Source of the DNA: Paragordius varius
Taxonomy: Eukaryota; Animalia; Nematomorpha
Length of the DNA stretch: 64,000 bases
Reading direction: 5' to 3'
Assembly: GCA_964247055.1 (NCBI GenBank)
Contig: OZ176052.1
Coordinates: 9,300,001 to 9,364,000 of the forward strand
Shown here: positions 27,006 through 40,676 of the stretch, piece after piece
Layout: every line of letters starts with the position of its first letter
Position numbering within the stretch: position 1 is the first letter of the stretch
Translations under genes and position numbers: made by a program
The notes under the pieces: generated by a model
Told to the model about the DNA's origin: nothing
The model's input: only the letters and a program-made list of their open reading frames with translations
Database searches by the model: none

Positions 27006-27297
27006 GATATTCTAATTCTATAATTTCCTTTATATTCAGCATCAGGCCTATAAATAATTACAAGCTAATATACTGTTTAGGGACCTCGATATTATGCTGT
27101 TTATAAAAATATTGTGCCTGTTTTTGATTATTCCGATTTATTTTGGTTTGAGTTTTTTCCTCTTCGGGTAAATCATCCTCCCACAATAAAATTTTCGCAC
27201 TCATCAATCCCATTAAAGATAAACTCGAAAAGGCATATAGAATAGAATACCATGTCTTTTTGTTTTGAGCCTTGGTTACTAAATCACGTCTTAACAT
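27006..27297 (-). CDS. Hypothetical protein with one hydrophobic segment, probably the 5' part of a multi-exon gene
   Basis: ORF MLRRDLVTKAQNKKTWYSILYAFSSLSLMGLMSAKILLWEDDLPEEEK. A 26-nt GT-AG intron (27073-27048) continues the frame into PDAEYKGNYRIRIS. Further coding-looking patches on the minus strand at ~26380-26450 and ~25690-25770 could not be joined with confidence. Confidence 0.45.
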
Positions 27298-27351
27298 TTT
27301 CAGGTAAAATCCACATGATATATTTGTAAATTATAGTTGGGTAAATTTGAA

Positions 27352-30300
27352 ATGGAAAAAATTTTAGACAACAAAAAAGATATGCTAAAAAATCAAGAAA
27401 AAATATTGTTAAATTTGATTGCCGAAATCATTCTGTTAAATGAAGACATATCGATGGATGAAGATTTAGCCACCTTAATTCTAGAGGTAAACTTTAGTGA
27501 TATTCATAGGGTAAATGTGTAAATGCTTTAAACATCCGAGATCGTAACGATATTATCAGGGTATACTTTTGTTTTATATTAAGGTTATGAATTTGTATTC
27601 GAAAATCAAAAAAAAATCTTGCAAATCATTCGTTGCTCCAAAAATTATCTGCCATCATACTCAAAATAAATTTATCGAAGTTGCCGGTTTTTATCAAAGG
27701 TTATGCCGGAATAAAATTAGAAAAAAACAAAGCTTATCAAAAGTAATCTAACAGTAATATTAAGATTAAGAATGATCTCCAGCGCAGGTTAGATTTGGAT
27801 AGAAAGGAGTATAGTAATGAGGTTTTAATTATTTTTTTAATATTATGACTTATTTATATATATTGCATTCCGATATTTTTACTATTTATTCATTCATAAA
27901 TTAGAGGATTAACAAAGTCCCTATATATTTAATTAAATAAGGATGGTTTTTAATGGTAAGGATTAAATTATTTATTAATCAAATTGATTAGATATAATAT
28001 AACTGTACAGAACATGTTATGCATATCTTCTAGATATTTTCACGTAAAAAGTGGATTATAAAAAACGTATTTTCTAATTTTTATTGAGTTATTATCCTTA
28101 AGCGGTGTTAGATATTTTTTTAATTTTTAGGGATATGTTTCATAATAATTAACATTCGGATATACAACTACATAGCAGTCTTTTGATTTAAATGGGGTCG
28201 TTTGCCTCAGGCCTGTAAAATAAATACTTCAAAATTATGGAGGAAATTGAAACCATGGCAAAAGTTTTCACTTATATAATCTTAATGAACTGAAATATAA
28301 AAAAAATCAAAAATACTTGATATTTCTCTTTTAAGGTAAAACTTAAACGTAAAAATTCAATATGATATGTCTGCCTTAATATAAATACAAAATAAACTAC
28401 CTTTTCTTTTTCTATTAATGATATATGTGATTTAAATAAAAAATTAGCTTTCAGCTTTAAATAAAATTAAATAAACACCACATTTTGCAAAAATGTTGTT
28501 AATGGCGTCAAAGTAGTTGGATATGAAACTTTTTTTTCAAAACTAAATTTATTTTGATATTTCGGCTTTATATAATTTTTATTAGGATAGAAGCATAAAT
28601 TTAAATTGAGACCGTTTCTTTCGGTAATTGTAAAAATATCAACTTAAATATGGTCTGGAGTATTTAGAAACCCCACTTTGAATCGAAGTGTTAATTCTTT
28701 ACATATTTTTAAACTAAATTATTATTATATTATGGACAGATTTAAAAAAGGTTATATTACATTTTATTTTTTTACACAAACAATTTTAATGTGAATTATA
28801 TTAAATATAACCAATATTCTGTTTTTAAACGTGGATATTAATTGTTTTAAAGATTTTAATTTTACTTGTTTTCAAAAAATAAATTTAGGAAACAACACCT
28901 TCACCGTTAGATTTAGAATTATCACACAATACGGATGAAGATATTTACAAAGAAATTAGCGCTTATGAAATACTTAATGACCAATTAGAAAATGATTTTA
29001 ATGCTTTGATTCATGGTCTGTCTACACCATTAGGTATGTTTAATAATCTTTAATTTAACTTAATAAATTATTTATTGGAATATTTTTTGATTATGTATTG
29101 GAAAAAATGTATAAATATTCTAATATGCAAAGATATTTGTGAAGAATTATTGAAATTATGGGTAAATAACATATGAGATTGATCTTCGGATCAAATTTTT
29201 ATTTTTAAACAATGTGAAAACATGCTTTTTCATGGTTTATCCGTTAAGGAAATTCTAATTCTATAAAAGTTGTTTTGTTAGAACCCTATGTTAGACAAAA
29301 TGAGTTATAGCTTTTTTTTCATAACTAAACCAAATTATTTTAATTTCAAAATTCATTCGGTATATATTAGTTTTATATCGTTATTTGTTATTTAAAACAT
29401 TCTATAGACTTATTAACGACCTATACGAATAAGTTAATACCCTCATTTGCACCAAAACAATTATTACAACATAATGATGATCTCACCTCCAATTATTACG
29501 ACAGCGATACCACATTAACCAAAATTAATTCCCTTGATATGCCAATGCTTTCTAAACCATTATTTTTGCCCAAACAGATTGAAACGATGGTTGGATCAAA
29601 ATTTGAACACATACTAAAAGATTTAATTACTTGTGATATCCACGATAGCCATATAAATGAAAACCATAATTTGATGCTTACAAATTTTCTTTTGGACAAA
29701 ATAGATTCTGTGATGGACGATTCTTTTTGCACTCCGGTATATTTGGACAATGTCGTTAAACGGACACAATTGAATATGGGTGAAAAAATATTTTCCACAA
29801 ACGAACGAGTAAAGTTGAAAAAAATATTGGTTTAATATAATTATATTAATGGTTTAAAAATTATGGGTAACTAAATTTAATATCAAAAAATGTGTTTGAA
29901 TTAAATTTCATCCTAGATACTGGTCTCATTTTTTTCGAATATGTTTATAGAAAACTTTGACAGAAGATTTTAAAATTGGGCCACCTATTTATAATGCAAC
30001 AAACCCGGCCTATTATGCCCAAATATATTATTCACCATTAAGCTTCAATTCTGTCGGCTTTTCACCCGCAAAAAACACCGCTATAAGTAAGGATTTTGAA
30101 TTATATGCCCTTTTAAGTATCCCTCATTCATAATCAAGGTTAATAATTTAATTTAACAATAATAAAATACAATTTTTTTTATTTTATATTTTTAATATAT
30201 TAGCGCAACCTGGATCTAATTATGGTTATAACCCCCAAATTATATTAGCTAATCGCGTCAATGTATTTGCCAATTATAACACAACGCCATATTTTAGGTT

Positions 30301-33300
30301 AATAATTTTTTTTACTCCGTTTGAGTTGAACGCGTAAATTTAATTGTTTTATATGATTGCTTCTTTTCATTAAATCTAAATTATTAATTTACCTATAATA
30401 TAAAAATACAATTTTTTGGGAAAAATTATAATTTCTTAAATTTTATTTATATATAATTCCTAAATGATTACATGAAAGTATTGTATATTTGTGTCATACT
30501 TTGCATACAAGTAAACAATAAATTAGGATGAATGCACCGTTTTAAGATTCCTATGAGATAGCTATTAAATAATTTTTCGAAATACATATGTAGATCATTT
30601 TATTGTCCCTTTTTTCAAATATCCCCCCCCCCCCCCCCCCCAGAAGTCCGAAGGACTTCCTCGGGCTGCGTAGCAGCACGAGATTTACGCTAGTACTTTG
30701 CATATTAACACAATAGGTAGTTATTTAAACAAATCAAGGTATGAAAGAGTTTAGTTATATTTATATGTCTCTTCGAACAACCACTGCAAATATATACTAT
30801 TAGACATTGTAAACGTAAATTTTTAATATCTTTATTTCTATATAATAGTCAATCATCCTCTAATATACTGAGTGGAATGATAACATCGACTGCTGGTCAA
30901 AATTCTTTTCATACTTTGGCGACAAATAAAAAGCTTTCAGCCAATGTTACAATTCATCATCATAAAGGTTAGGGTATTTTATTAGTCGAAAATATATTTA
31001 GTTATAAACTTTTTTATTTAATTACAGTTTAAGTATCTTTTTTGAGATCATTTTAGTGTTACAAGTTAATTTAGTAAATATACTGATTTAAGGAACAAGT
31101 ATAAATTGGATTAATTTAAAATTTTATTAACTGATTATATTTTATTGTTAACTTTAAATAATTGCGATATGTTTAAAATACCTAAAAGATATTACAATGA
31201 TTGTTTAATCATTTAATTTTGAGGATATTATAATAAAGTATTATTAACAGGAAAAAATATATTAGATGGCCATTCGAATGAAAAATCAACCCCAAAAAAG
31301 AATGCTCCGAAATCAGGTGCTACTGAAACGGATATAAAATCGATGTGCACTAGTAATTGGCTTTTGCATGAATCTTGGACTCTACTCAATGTACCTTTAT
31401 TAATATTTGCAAACTTATCTGTTTTAATTTTTATAAAATTAAACATTATAAAAATCTTTTTTTCCAGTAATAATTTCATATATTTTGGACATGTTACTAA
31501 TATTTTATTTATAAAAATCATATTTTTTTATTCAAAATCCTTACTTTTTATTATGATATTATTTATTTTAATGGTAAGAGGTTTTATTAATTGATTTATC
31601 ACCCAACAAGTTAGTTGCCTTACTTTATTCATTCATTGGATGGTTTATTGGATAATAAAAATTTCTTAAATATTAAAATGTATATTTGTTTCACTTTGCC
31701 TTAAAACAAACTAAAATATACCTCCATTTTTTTCAAAAAATATATATTTTTGTCTCACCATATATAGATATCCTATTCCACAACTCTTTATTTTTTTGAT
31801 TTTCATAGGCTTTGCATAGACTTCAAGGTTTCCCCATAAATATAGTCGTTGCCAGACCCGCTTTTACACCAAATTGGGATTTCGCTTCCGAATATGTAAA
31901 TTATATAGCAACCTCATACAAATCATCCAAAGAAAGCCGAATACATTATGAACAATATATCTTGCCGCAGTACTTAACATGGGCCCTTCAAATAAGTAAC
32001 ACAAATCAGTCGCCTTATTTACATGGTTAAATTTTATTTTATTATATTTGCATGTGTTAAATTTTTTATTGTACAAAGACTACAAGAAAGTGCTCCACAT
32101 TCACGATCAATAAAATCAAAAAATATAATTTATTTTTATATTTAGATTCTAATCCTAATACCAATACCGCCGTTAAAAGATTAAAAACAAATTTGGGCAT
32201 TCAATCCTCCCTAAACAAACAACAAACTACTCAATTTTTTGGGAAAAGAGTATTTTTCGGCCACATCTTTATTTTTATAAATTAAAATAAGACAAAACTT
32301 AAAAAATAGTTATAATGAATACCAATTTTTTTCATCTTTTTTTCTATATAACCCATGAATACAATTATAAATGAAAATTCAGTGTTTCATTTACATTTCT
32401 TTCCCTTTCGTAACCCAAAGTAATAAGTTATATTTAAAATAAAAGGTTTACAAAATATGGTTATTAAAACATATATTTTTTTTTACTTTTTATATGTTCT
32501 GTTCTTATAATATTACTTTTTATTAAGTAGAAAGAAAAGTTTTATTAGTATGTGCCATATTTTGCTAAAAAATGCACATTTAGACTGGGAATAGTGTTAA
32601 CTCGACCCCCTCATTTTCACCGCATCACCTTGGAGATAATCCCCTATTTTTGGATCCGTATCATAATATGATTGTGCCCAAGTATTGTGACCCATTGACA
32701 CAATTATACTATTTGGACAACAAGCAGAGCGGATGTAATAATGTGTATCACAATGCTATACTTAATAGATTCCATCACATTTTGAAGCATAGACTCACTA
32801 CTAAATCTACCACACCTCCTATGATTCCAAAAAATATCGCCCAAAACATTTTGAATAAAACATCGTCCTTAATTAAACCACTGAATAATGATGATTATTA
32901 CCAATTTAGGGAGGAGGGAGGAGATGAACATGATATGCAAGATATAAAACCATCTCTTGAAACATTAAATGCTTCTTCTAATGATGTTGGGAATAATGAT
33001 ATGCCTATTGAAATGTCGGATAAATCCCAAAAAACTCCATCAGCTGATACGGAGATCCCTGACGCAAGCATGTCAGAAAAGAGTGACACTGTTAAAGTTT
33101 CGCCCTATCTTACCCAACTCTATGAAAATAATGAAATTATTACGTCACAATTTTTGGCCTGTTATGGGATTAACTATGCAGCGCCGATAAGTCCGTTATT
33201 ATTGATTCGAGCCAAGATAGAAAGATTGGCGCGGGAAAAACGTCACCAATTACAGGTAAAAAAAATTAAAAAATAATTATGTTAGGAATATTTACTTACT

Positions 33301-35266
33301 ATCATGTTTGAACCACATGCCCGTTATAATGAGTTTTTAGATTAAACAGTCCCCTCAATCTAATTAGTTCCGAATTTAATAGAGTTTTAGTTTTATAGGT
33401 TGTTCAAAAGTGCATGTATATTCCCACAATCTTGCTTAGTTTTTATGAACATGTTTGAGCTCTACAAATCCAAAATAAAATAATTAAAGATCATTTTTTT
33501 TATTCCAAATCTGAATATATAATTTAAGACAAAAAGCAAAATTTAGTTTTTTAGGCAAGGGGCCTATATAAAATTTGTAATATTTTTTGTTATTATATTA
33601 GAACAAGAGTTTACTGTCTGAACTAAATTCAGTGAATCAACCCAATCTTTCGTACGTAGCTTTGCCAACTACGCCTCAATATAACTATGCTTGTACCAAC
33701 ATAAATTTACCATCAAATCTTTCATCGTATCAGGGTTTGGGTGCTTTAAATTTACCAACGACCCTCAATAAAAATGGTCAAAATACTATCAATACTATCA
33801 ATAATAATAATAATAATAATATATTAATCCCAGCAGCCACTTATAATTCAATCGGTATGAATGCAAATGTATTGTCAAACTCAAATTTTGTACCATCCCA
33901 GAATGTCATAAATTTTAATACTGAAAATTCTTTAAACTACAATAATAAATTGTCCCAAGGAATGACCTCAATACTTAATTCTTCTACCCCTAAAAACATT
34001 TTAGGGAATCAGGTGGCTAACAACATATTAAGTTACAGTAATAATAATATTAATATTAACACGAATAATCTCAATTTACAATCCATGACAGGCACATCAA
34101 CATTCAATTTAACCAACGCTTTGTTAAGTATCGTCAATTCCAATAACTTGGGTATGAAATATTTTATCATTGTTAATTTTATAATATTTTTCCTAGGTTA
34201 ATTTAATATTCATATTATTTTAATTTTTATCACAACCTAAGATGCGGGTGGATATGTGTTTGTAAGATTTGTTATAAATAAATGATAAAAATATTTTTAA
34301 TCAATTTTATTTTACCAGCCAAAAATTTTCCTCAAGAATAAATAATTTATTTAATTTACAAATTTTGATTTAGGGTCTATTACTGGTGGTCAACAACCAC
34401 AACAAATTCTAACTTCGCAACAATTAGCCTTGTTGAATGTACTTAAACAGCAAGTCGTTTCTTCTAATCGTCAAATCCAATTTGATTTAAGCGCTCTCAA
34501 TACATTATCCCACGTTGTACCTAACACGGTAGACATAGTTTCAGCAGTTGATATTAATACCACAAATTTTAATCAAAATCATGCCTCAAATATTTCAACA
34601 GTTTTTAACTCAAATACCATAAATTTAAGTAACACAGGCCGTTCTCATGTTAATACTAGTTTTACAGGCACAGGCACAGGTACACCCATTATGAATACCA
34701 ATAACGCGATTCCAAATAACAATAATAATCCTTCCAACCAAGTCAGCAATAACAATGCTATACTTTTATCTTCCCCTCCTCCTCCTCAAAATATAAACTC
34801 CTTGTTAAGCAATAGCACAACTATGGGCAGGAATTATGTTTTAATTGGTCCACCATCGGGGATCAACAATACAATGCTTTCTAACGCGGAAAATTTAATA
34901 ACTACAACACCAACACATTTGAGTTATCAATCATCACCAGCAGCAGTTCAACCATCATCATCATCAACCAATCATCCTCACCTACTGATAAATAATGCAT
35001 CAACGAATCAAAAATATTTCATAACCCTAAAAACGTTCGCCAATAATGTTGTTGTAGCTTCAACAAGTAATTCAACTTACATAAATGCTGGATTAAATAC
35101 TTCTATTCCACAACAAAATGTTTGTATAAATACCAATAATAATGGTGCCACCACGTATGCTAATACACCTGTTAATATTCATCCTACACGTTGTATAACA
35201 ACAATTGAAATGCCTCAAAGGCTAACTAATTCAAATATAATAACTTGCAAAAATATGCCTATTTAA
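27352..35266 (+). CDS. Large uncharacterised protein (~1313 aa) with an Asn/Thr/Ser-rich low-complexity C-terminal third
   Basis: 16 phase-compatible GT-AG exons: 27352-27486, 27510-27560, 27584-27742, 27765-27821, 28889-29033, 29408-29829, 29951-30086, 30118-30138, 30204-30297, 30849-30967, 31224-31390, 31809-32025, 32146-32249, 32584-33255, 33602-34151, 34374-35266 (3942 nt, no internal stop). It could be two genes, since 29833-29835 is TAA if that donor is not used. Confidence 0.7.
28153..28690 (-). mobile_element. TTAA-flanked piggyBac-like MITE, reverse-orientation copy in an intron
   Basis: TTAA at 28149-28152 and 28691-28694. End ccccactttgaatcgaagtg|ttaa is the reverse complement of the family left end, and the interior is collinear with 53552-54132. 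Confidence 0.8.
30623..30693 (+). mobile_element. Probable Helitron 3' terminus preceded by a C19 tract
   Basis: C19 (30623-30641), hairpin GAAGTCC-GAA-GGACTTC, then hairpin CTCG-G-GCTGC-GTA-GCAGC-A-CGAG ending 7 nt before CTAG|T (30690-30693). A GC-rich hairpin followed by CTRR then T is the standard Helitron 3' signature. 5' end not located. Confidence 0.55.
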
Positions 35267-35415
35267 CCCAATATAAAAATTATATATAATTATTCATTTT
35301 TATTGTAAATACACATTGTAGTATATAATATAGTATAGAAATAGAATAATCAAAACATAATTTATTTTATTATATATGTGTGTATATGTATATCGGGGTT
35401 AAGTTATTTTTTTGT

Positions 35416-35598
35416 TCAATTATTTCCACTATACAAATCTGATAAGAGTTTTCTAATAGCGTATATAAAGTGTTGCGGTAACCTGACTTTCTTTTCGTTT
35501 TTAGTCTTACGTTCATTCTCCAAAAATATGGTAGAATCTATGAGGAATTCTTGTTTTTGACCTTCAGGTTTAGACACTATCCCTCTAAAAGTAGGCAT
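35416..35598 (-). CDS. Possible small hypothetical protein or last exon
   Basis: 60-aa ORF MPTFRGIVSKPEGQKQEFLIDSTIFLENERKTKNEKK, with protein-like composition, convergent with the large gene. No recognised homology. Confidence 0.3.
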   Translation of the reverse strand: MPTFRGIVSKPEGQKQEFLIDSTIFLENERKTKNEKKVRLPQHFIYAIRKLLSDLYSGNN

Positions 35599-37178
35599 AG
35601 TTTAATTAAGGATTGATTATGAGTGACTTAAAATTGGATTTTAATCACTTATATTATATATATATATATATATATATATCAAAGCTTACAATTATATTTT
35701 CCAAATGATATAATATAGTTTCAATAAAATTTATTGGATTTGGATGTTTATTATTTAACTTTTTTGGGAACATATACTGACAAAAATTAAAAATGCATAA
35801 GATACATCGGTTTTATTTACCCCTTCCATATTAATATAGATTTTTTGAAAAATAGGTTTTATATTATAGCGGTGAAAAAGAGGAATTCGAACTGTAATTT
35901 TCGGAGGATTGAAACCTGAGCCGAGTTAGTTAAAATTAATAATAAATTTCCAAGGGCAGTTAAGTTAGAATAGGGGTAAATCAAATGTACAGATTAGGAA
36001 GAGTTCCTAAAAATCGGAACCGAAGCTTAATTGTGAATTTTTTAAATATCTAAAAAAATGTTTATAGATTATCAACCCAAATTTTACACATTAAATATAC
36101 TCTTTTGATTTAAAAAAGTAAAATTTATATTTGATTCATATAAATATATACATATCTAAAATTATTTATATTGTATTGAAAACTATCAAATTAATTAACA
36201 GAAAAAATCTAATTCAATAATCATATTTGAGAATATACATAAATCTGAAACTACCGACAAAAAAAGTATAATGTATTAATTGCGGGATATATATCGAATC
36301 ATTCAAACAGTTGTGTCGCATTAATGAGAGTTGACAAGCACAAAATTATCTCTTAGAGAATTGTTCCGATATCATTTGGGTCAATTAAAATTTTCAGATT
36401 ATATAAAAGATAAATATATTACAACTAAAATGAATAAAGTTTTCTTTCATTTCTTTTCTGCAGGTTGTAACTCAAAACTAATTTGTTTTAATTAATTGAT
36501 CGTTAAATTGGGTAAATTCAAATATGTCGAGAGAATAGCTCTCAGTTTAATTTATGATAGTAACAATTTTCTAATATTTTTAAATATTTTTTGATAATGT
36601 TATTTTACCATTAAAACCCGAAAAATCGTAGTTAGGCGGCAATTTAAACTTTTTGGTGGTATCTAGTTATATAAAATGAGGTAAGATGTTACACTAACAA
36701 TCGTCAATATTATAAACAACACATTTGATTCCAACAAGAAGCTGGCCAAATTAAATATAAAATGTATAATCAGTGGTATTTTATCGCATACTTTATAGAT
36801 TTGGGTGCTTTAATAGATGTTTGGTTCATGATTTCTTTTTCATTGCATAAAATAAATAGCAAATTTCTCGGAAACCAAGCACATATCACCACTTCATTCT
36901 TGTTGAAATTCAGCTAAATTTAATTTACAAAGAACGATTTATATTTTATCGCGCTCCATATACAGAAGAACCTAAAATTTTCTGTGATTCACATACCTTA
37001 TCACAATTAAACCTGTAATGACAATAATTACACAGGGATTTAAATCCATACACATCTTGATCACATTTTACAACATCTTTCCCCCTGATACATTTTATAT
37101 TTTATTTCGCTAAAATTCCTTATGCAGCAGTATGAGTAAATATATTTGGCTAGTTTTTCAATTAAATATTGCCATATA

Positions 37179-40100
37179 TAAGGTGAGCAGACGTCCCGCT
37201 TTTGGTGGGACAGTCCCGCTTTTTCACACTTTGTCCCGCGTCCTGCTACGTTTATAAAATGTCCCGCTTTTTCACGATTGTCTAAAAAATTTTTTTTTCA
37301 ATACAAATAAATTTTTTTTATCCGTTTAAATTTTTTATCATTAAATATCTTTAAAATCTAATCAATTTTAAATTAAAATTTTTTATTTTTAAATTAAAAA
37401 TATTTATTTTTTTCGAATTTATATCATATGATTATACACTTTGCTTCCTATCATCATTATCAAAAAGCCAAGTTAATACACAAATCGGTAGCTTAAAAGA
37501 CCAATTGATAATACAAATCGGTACCTTACACGTTTATTCCAGAAAATTAAGGTAATATAATATTTATTATACTAATAGTAGTTTATAAATATGAGCACAA
37601 AAAGAGGTTGTAAATTCAACGATAAATTAATGAAAGATTTTCCTTTTATCAAAACGAAGAATGAATTATTTGTTAAATGTTTTTCATGCGAGCATGATAT
37701 TACAAAGCATATGGAAACACAACAACATAAAAAATGTTTGGATATGGCGGCATCATATTACAAAATGAGCGATTTTTATCGAAAAACTCTTTTGGAGAGG
37801 AAGAAAAGAATTTGGCATTAACCGAAGGCGTTTTATTTTTTCACGCCGTTTATCACAATCATTCCTTTAGATTTGTGGATTTTACCTCACAAGTTATTCG
37901 CACGTTATTCCATTAAAAATTTACATGTGCCCGTACAAAGGCTGAAGCCATTGTATGCAATGTCCTTTCGCCACATGCATTTTCTGAAATACAAAAAGAT
38001 TTGCTGAAAATTAATTTTTTATCCCTATTCTCTGATGCATCAAATCACCATGAAATAAAATTATTTCCCACTTTAATTAGATATTTGGACTCAGAAACCG
38101 GAAAAATAAAATTTTAGATTTAATTTCTCTACCCGGTGAAAATTCCGAAATACATATTCTAAAAAAAATAATTTAAAAGACAAAATTATCGCATATTGCG
38201 CTGACAACAGCAATACGAACTTTGGTGGAATAACAAAATATATTTTTCAAAAATTTACAGATAATCTTAATCAAAACATGATTGGCGCTAGGTGTGCAGC
38301 GCATATTATGCACAACAGCTTCTGGTATGCAGCGCATATAATAACAACGTTATTCAAACAGCTGCTGATTTATTGCCCCTAGATGTGGAAAATGTAGTTG
38401 TTAAAATATATTCCTATTTTTATACATAAACGGTACGAGTTGAAACGCTTAAAGAATTCTGAATAAATGCAGAAGTTCAATATCAAAAAATGCTGGGATA
38501 TTGTAAAAACGTTGGTTAGCTTTTATGCCAGCTACTGAAAGAATTTTAAAAATGTATGATCCTTTAAAATCATTTTTATTATCACAAGACAAATGTCCTA
38601 CAACTTTAAAAAAGTTTTGTGAAAGTGATTCTTCAAAAATATGGTTGGAATTCTTACATAATCAAGGTTCTCTCTTTCAAAATTTTATTAAATTTATAGA
38701 AGGTGACAAAATTTCGGCAATCGAAGTAGCCAATGAAGTTAGTAACCTGAAATTCCAATGTCAAGAACGGTTAGAAAATAATTTTATACCATTAACCATC
38801 CGCAATATAATAAATAATTTAGAAAAACAAGGCTTAATAAATCGCCAAGATATCCTGTACCATATAAAAATGTTTTATACAAACTGTAAAGATTATTTGG
38901 AAGACTGGACTACACAATTCAATGAAATTGATCATCATTTAACATTAAAATCAGAATTTAATTGGTGCGATGTTCAAAAATATTTGATTATATCTGTTCC
39001 CAAAAATTCTCAAAAAGTAATCTTTCAGAAAATGATCTTTTTTTCTGAAGAATCATTAGTTAAAAGATATATTAATTATGAAAAACTTAAATTATGGACA
39101 AAAGAAAAATATACAGTAGAAAAGAAATGGTTCGAAATATTTCATTATTTTGAAGCCAACTATATTACATACAATAATATTTGAAAAATTGTGGAATTCA
39201 CACTATCTTTACCTGGAACCAACGCTGCTACTGAGCGCGTTTTTTCACAGTAAATCAAGTGTGGACATCGGAAAAATCAAATTTAAATGTTGAAACTTTA
39301 AAGGCCTTATCTGTCAAATATAATTTGACAAATTCTTGTGAAGACTTCTACAATATTTTAAAAAATGATGACAATCTGCTAAAACGCATTCACTCAAACA
39401 AAAAATATACCAAAGAATAAAATATTTTCTTATATTTATAAAGTTTTTCTGTTAAAAAATAATCAAAATTACTTCAAATATTGTATAAGTCTTCATAATT
39501 TGTCAAATTATATTTGAACACATTAAATGGCTTTTATTCAACATTTAAATTTGATTGCGTGTCCTTACTTAATTTACTGTGGAAAAACGCGTTTAATAGC
39601 AGTAGTTCAGGTAAGGATAATGCAAATTCTACAATTAAAATATTATTGTATGGAACATAATTTGTCTAAAAATGATTATTTTAACCATTTCTATCCTACG
39701 TATTTTTTCTGTTGTCCATAATATAAGTTTTCATTCAATATATTTATTTAATAATGAGACTTCCTAATAAAGTGTCATTGTGCACCGTCTTGTCTTCCAA
39801 ATAATCGTTTCTGTTTGTATAAAACATTTTTATATTCTGGCTATTCATTGAGCCTTGTTTTTATGGATGCTTTATAATATTGCGATTAGATAATGGTATA
39901 AAATTATTTTCTAACCTTTTTTGACTTGGAATTTGGACCTTTGTCCTTTGATAAAAAATAGGATTCTAGGAGATCACATTTTTATAAATATTTCAATCGC
40001 TGGCAAAAGAGCTAACCAAAAGTTCTACAATATCCAAGCATTTTAGCATCTATATTTTCTACATCCAGGGGTAACAAATCAGTAGCTGTTTGAATAGCGT

Positions 40101-40446
40101 TGTGTATCTGCCAATAATGTTTAATTAAGATTATTCGCTAAATTGTTAAAAATATTTTTTGTGCCGCTTCTTGCATCACCCAGCGCACTTTGTGATGATT
40201 TCGTCTTTATATTTTTTTCTAGAATATTACAAACTTCACCCTTTGTTCGTGCACATGTAATATTGAATAAAGTACAAACAACCTGTAGGTACAAATTTTT
40301 TTATATTTATAATGTATTTGTGTTAAAAATAAATAAATATTACAATAAATTTTTTGTATAAAAATTTTTGGTTGTACCCCCCAATGACCCTTCCCCCCCT
40401 TCTCAGATTTGTCCCGCGTTTTCCTTCAAAAAATCTGGTCACCTTA
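37179..40446 (+). mobile_element. Complete hAT transposon (Blackjack-like termini), 3268 bp
   Basis: 13-bp TIR TAAGGTGAGCAGA / TCTGGTCACCTTA (1 mismatch). Perfect 8-bp TSD GCCATATA at 37171-37178 and 40447-40454. Repeated subterminal GTCCCGC motifs (four at the left, one at ~40411). Confidence 0.95.
37591..39420 (+). pseudogene. Disrupted hAT transposase
   Basis: Fragments in shifting frames with stops: CxxC..H..H zinc finger (KCFSCEH..KHMETQQH), LFSDASNHHEIKLFP, YCADNSNTNFGG, CAAH (CxxH), ORF 38525-39184, and the hATC motif LSLPGTNAATERVFS at ~39200-39248. Confidence 0.9.
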
Positions 40447-40676
40447 GCCATATAGCATGTACAGCAAAGAAAATTAATTGATTAATAGTCTAAAAAAGAA
40501 AAACATAACTATATGCCAATAATACTGCCCTTTTCTATATGATGTGGCAATAATTAATGAAAAATTAGCATAGTCCTCTTATTCATACTGTATCTTTATT
40601 ATACACAGGAATTTTCATTATATTGGCCATCGACCCCAATTAAATATAAAAATGATTATCTTGAAAAATCCAATAA

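Noticed and set aside
31809-33255. Resemblance to the GLTSCR1/BICRA domain (ALHRL; ILNRFHHIL)
   Set aside because: Only short word matches, with spacing and order that do not fit; needs a profile search.
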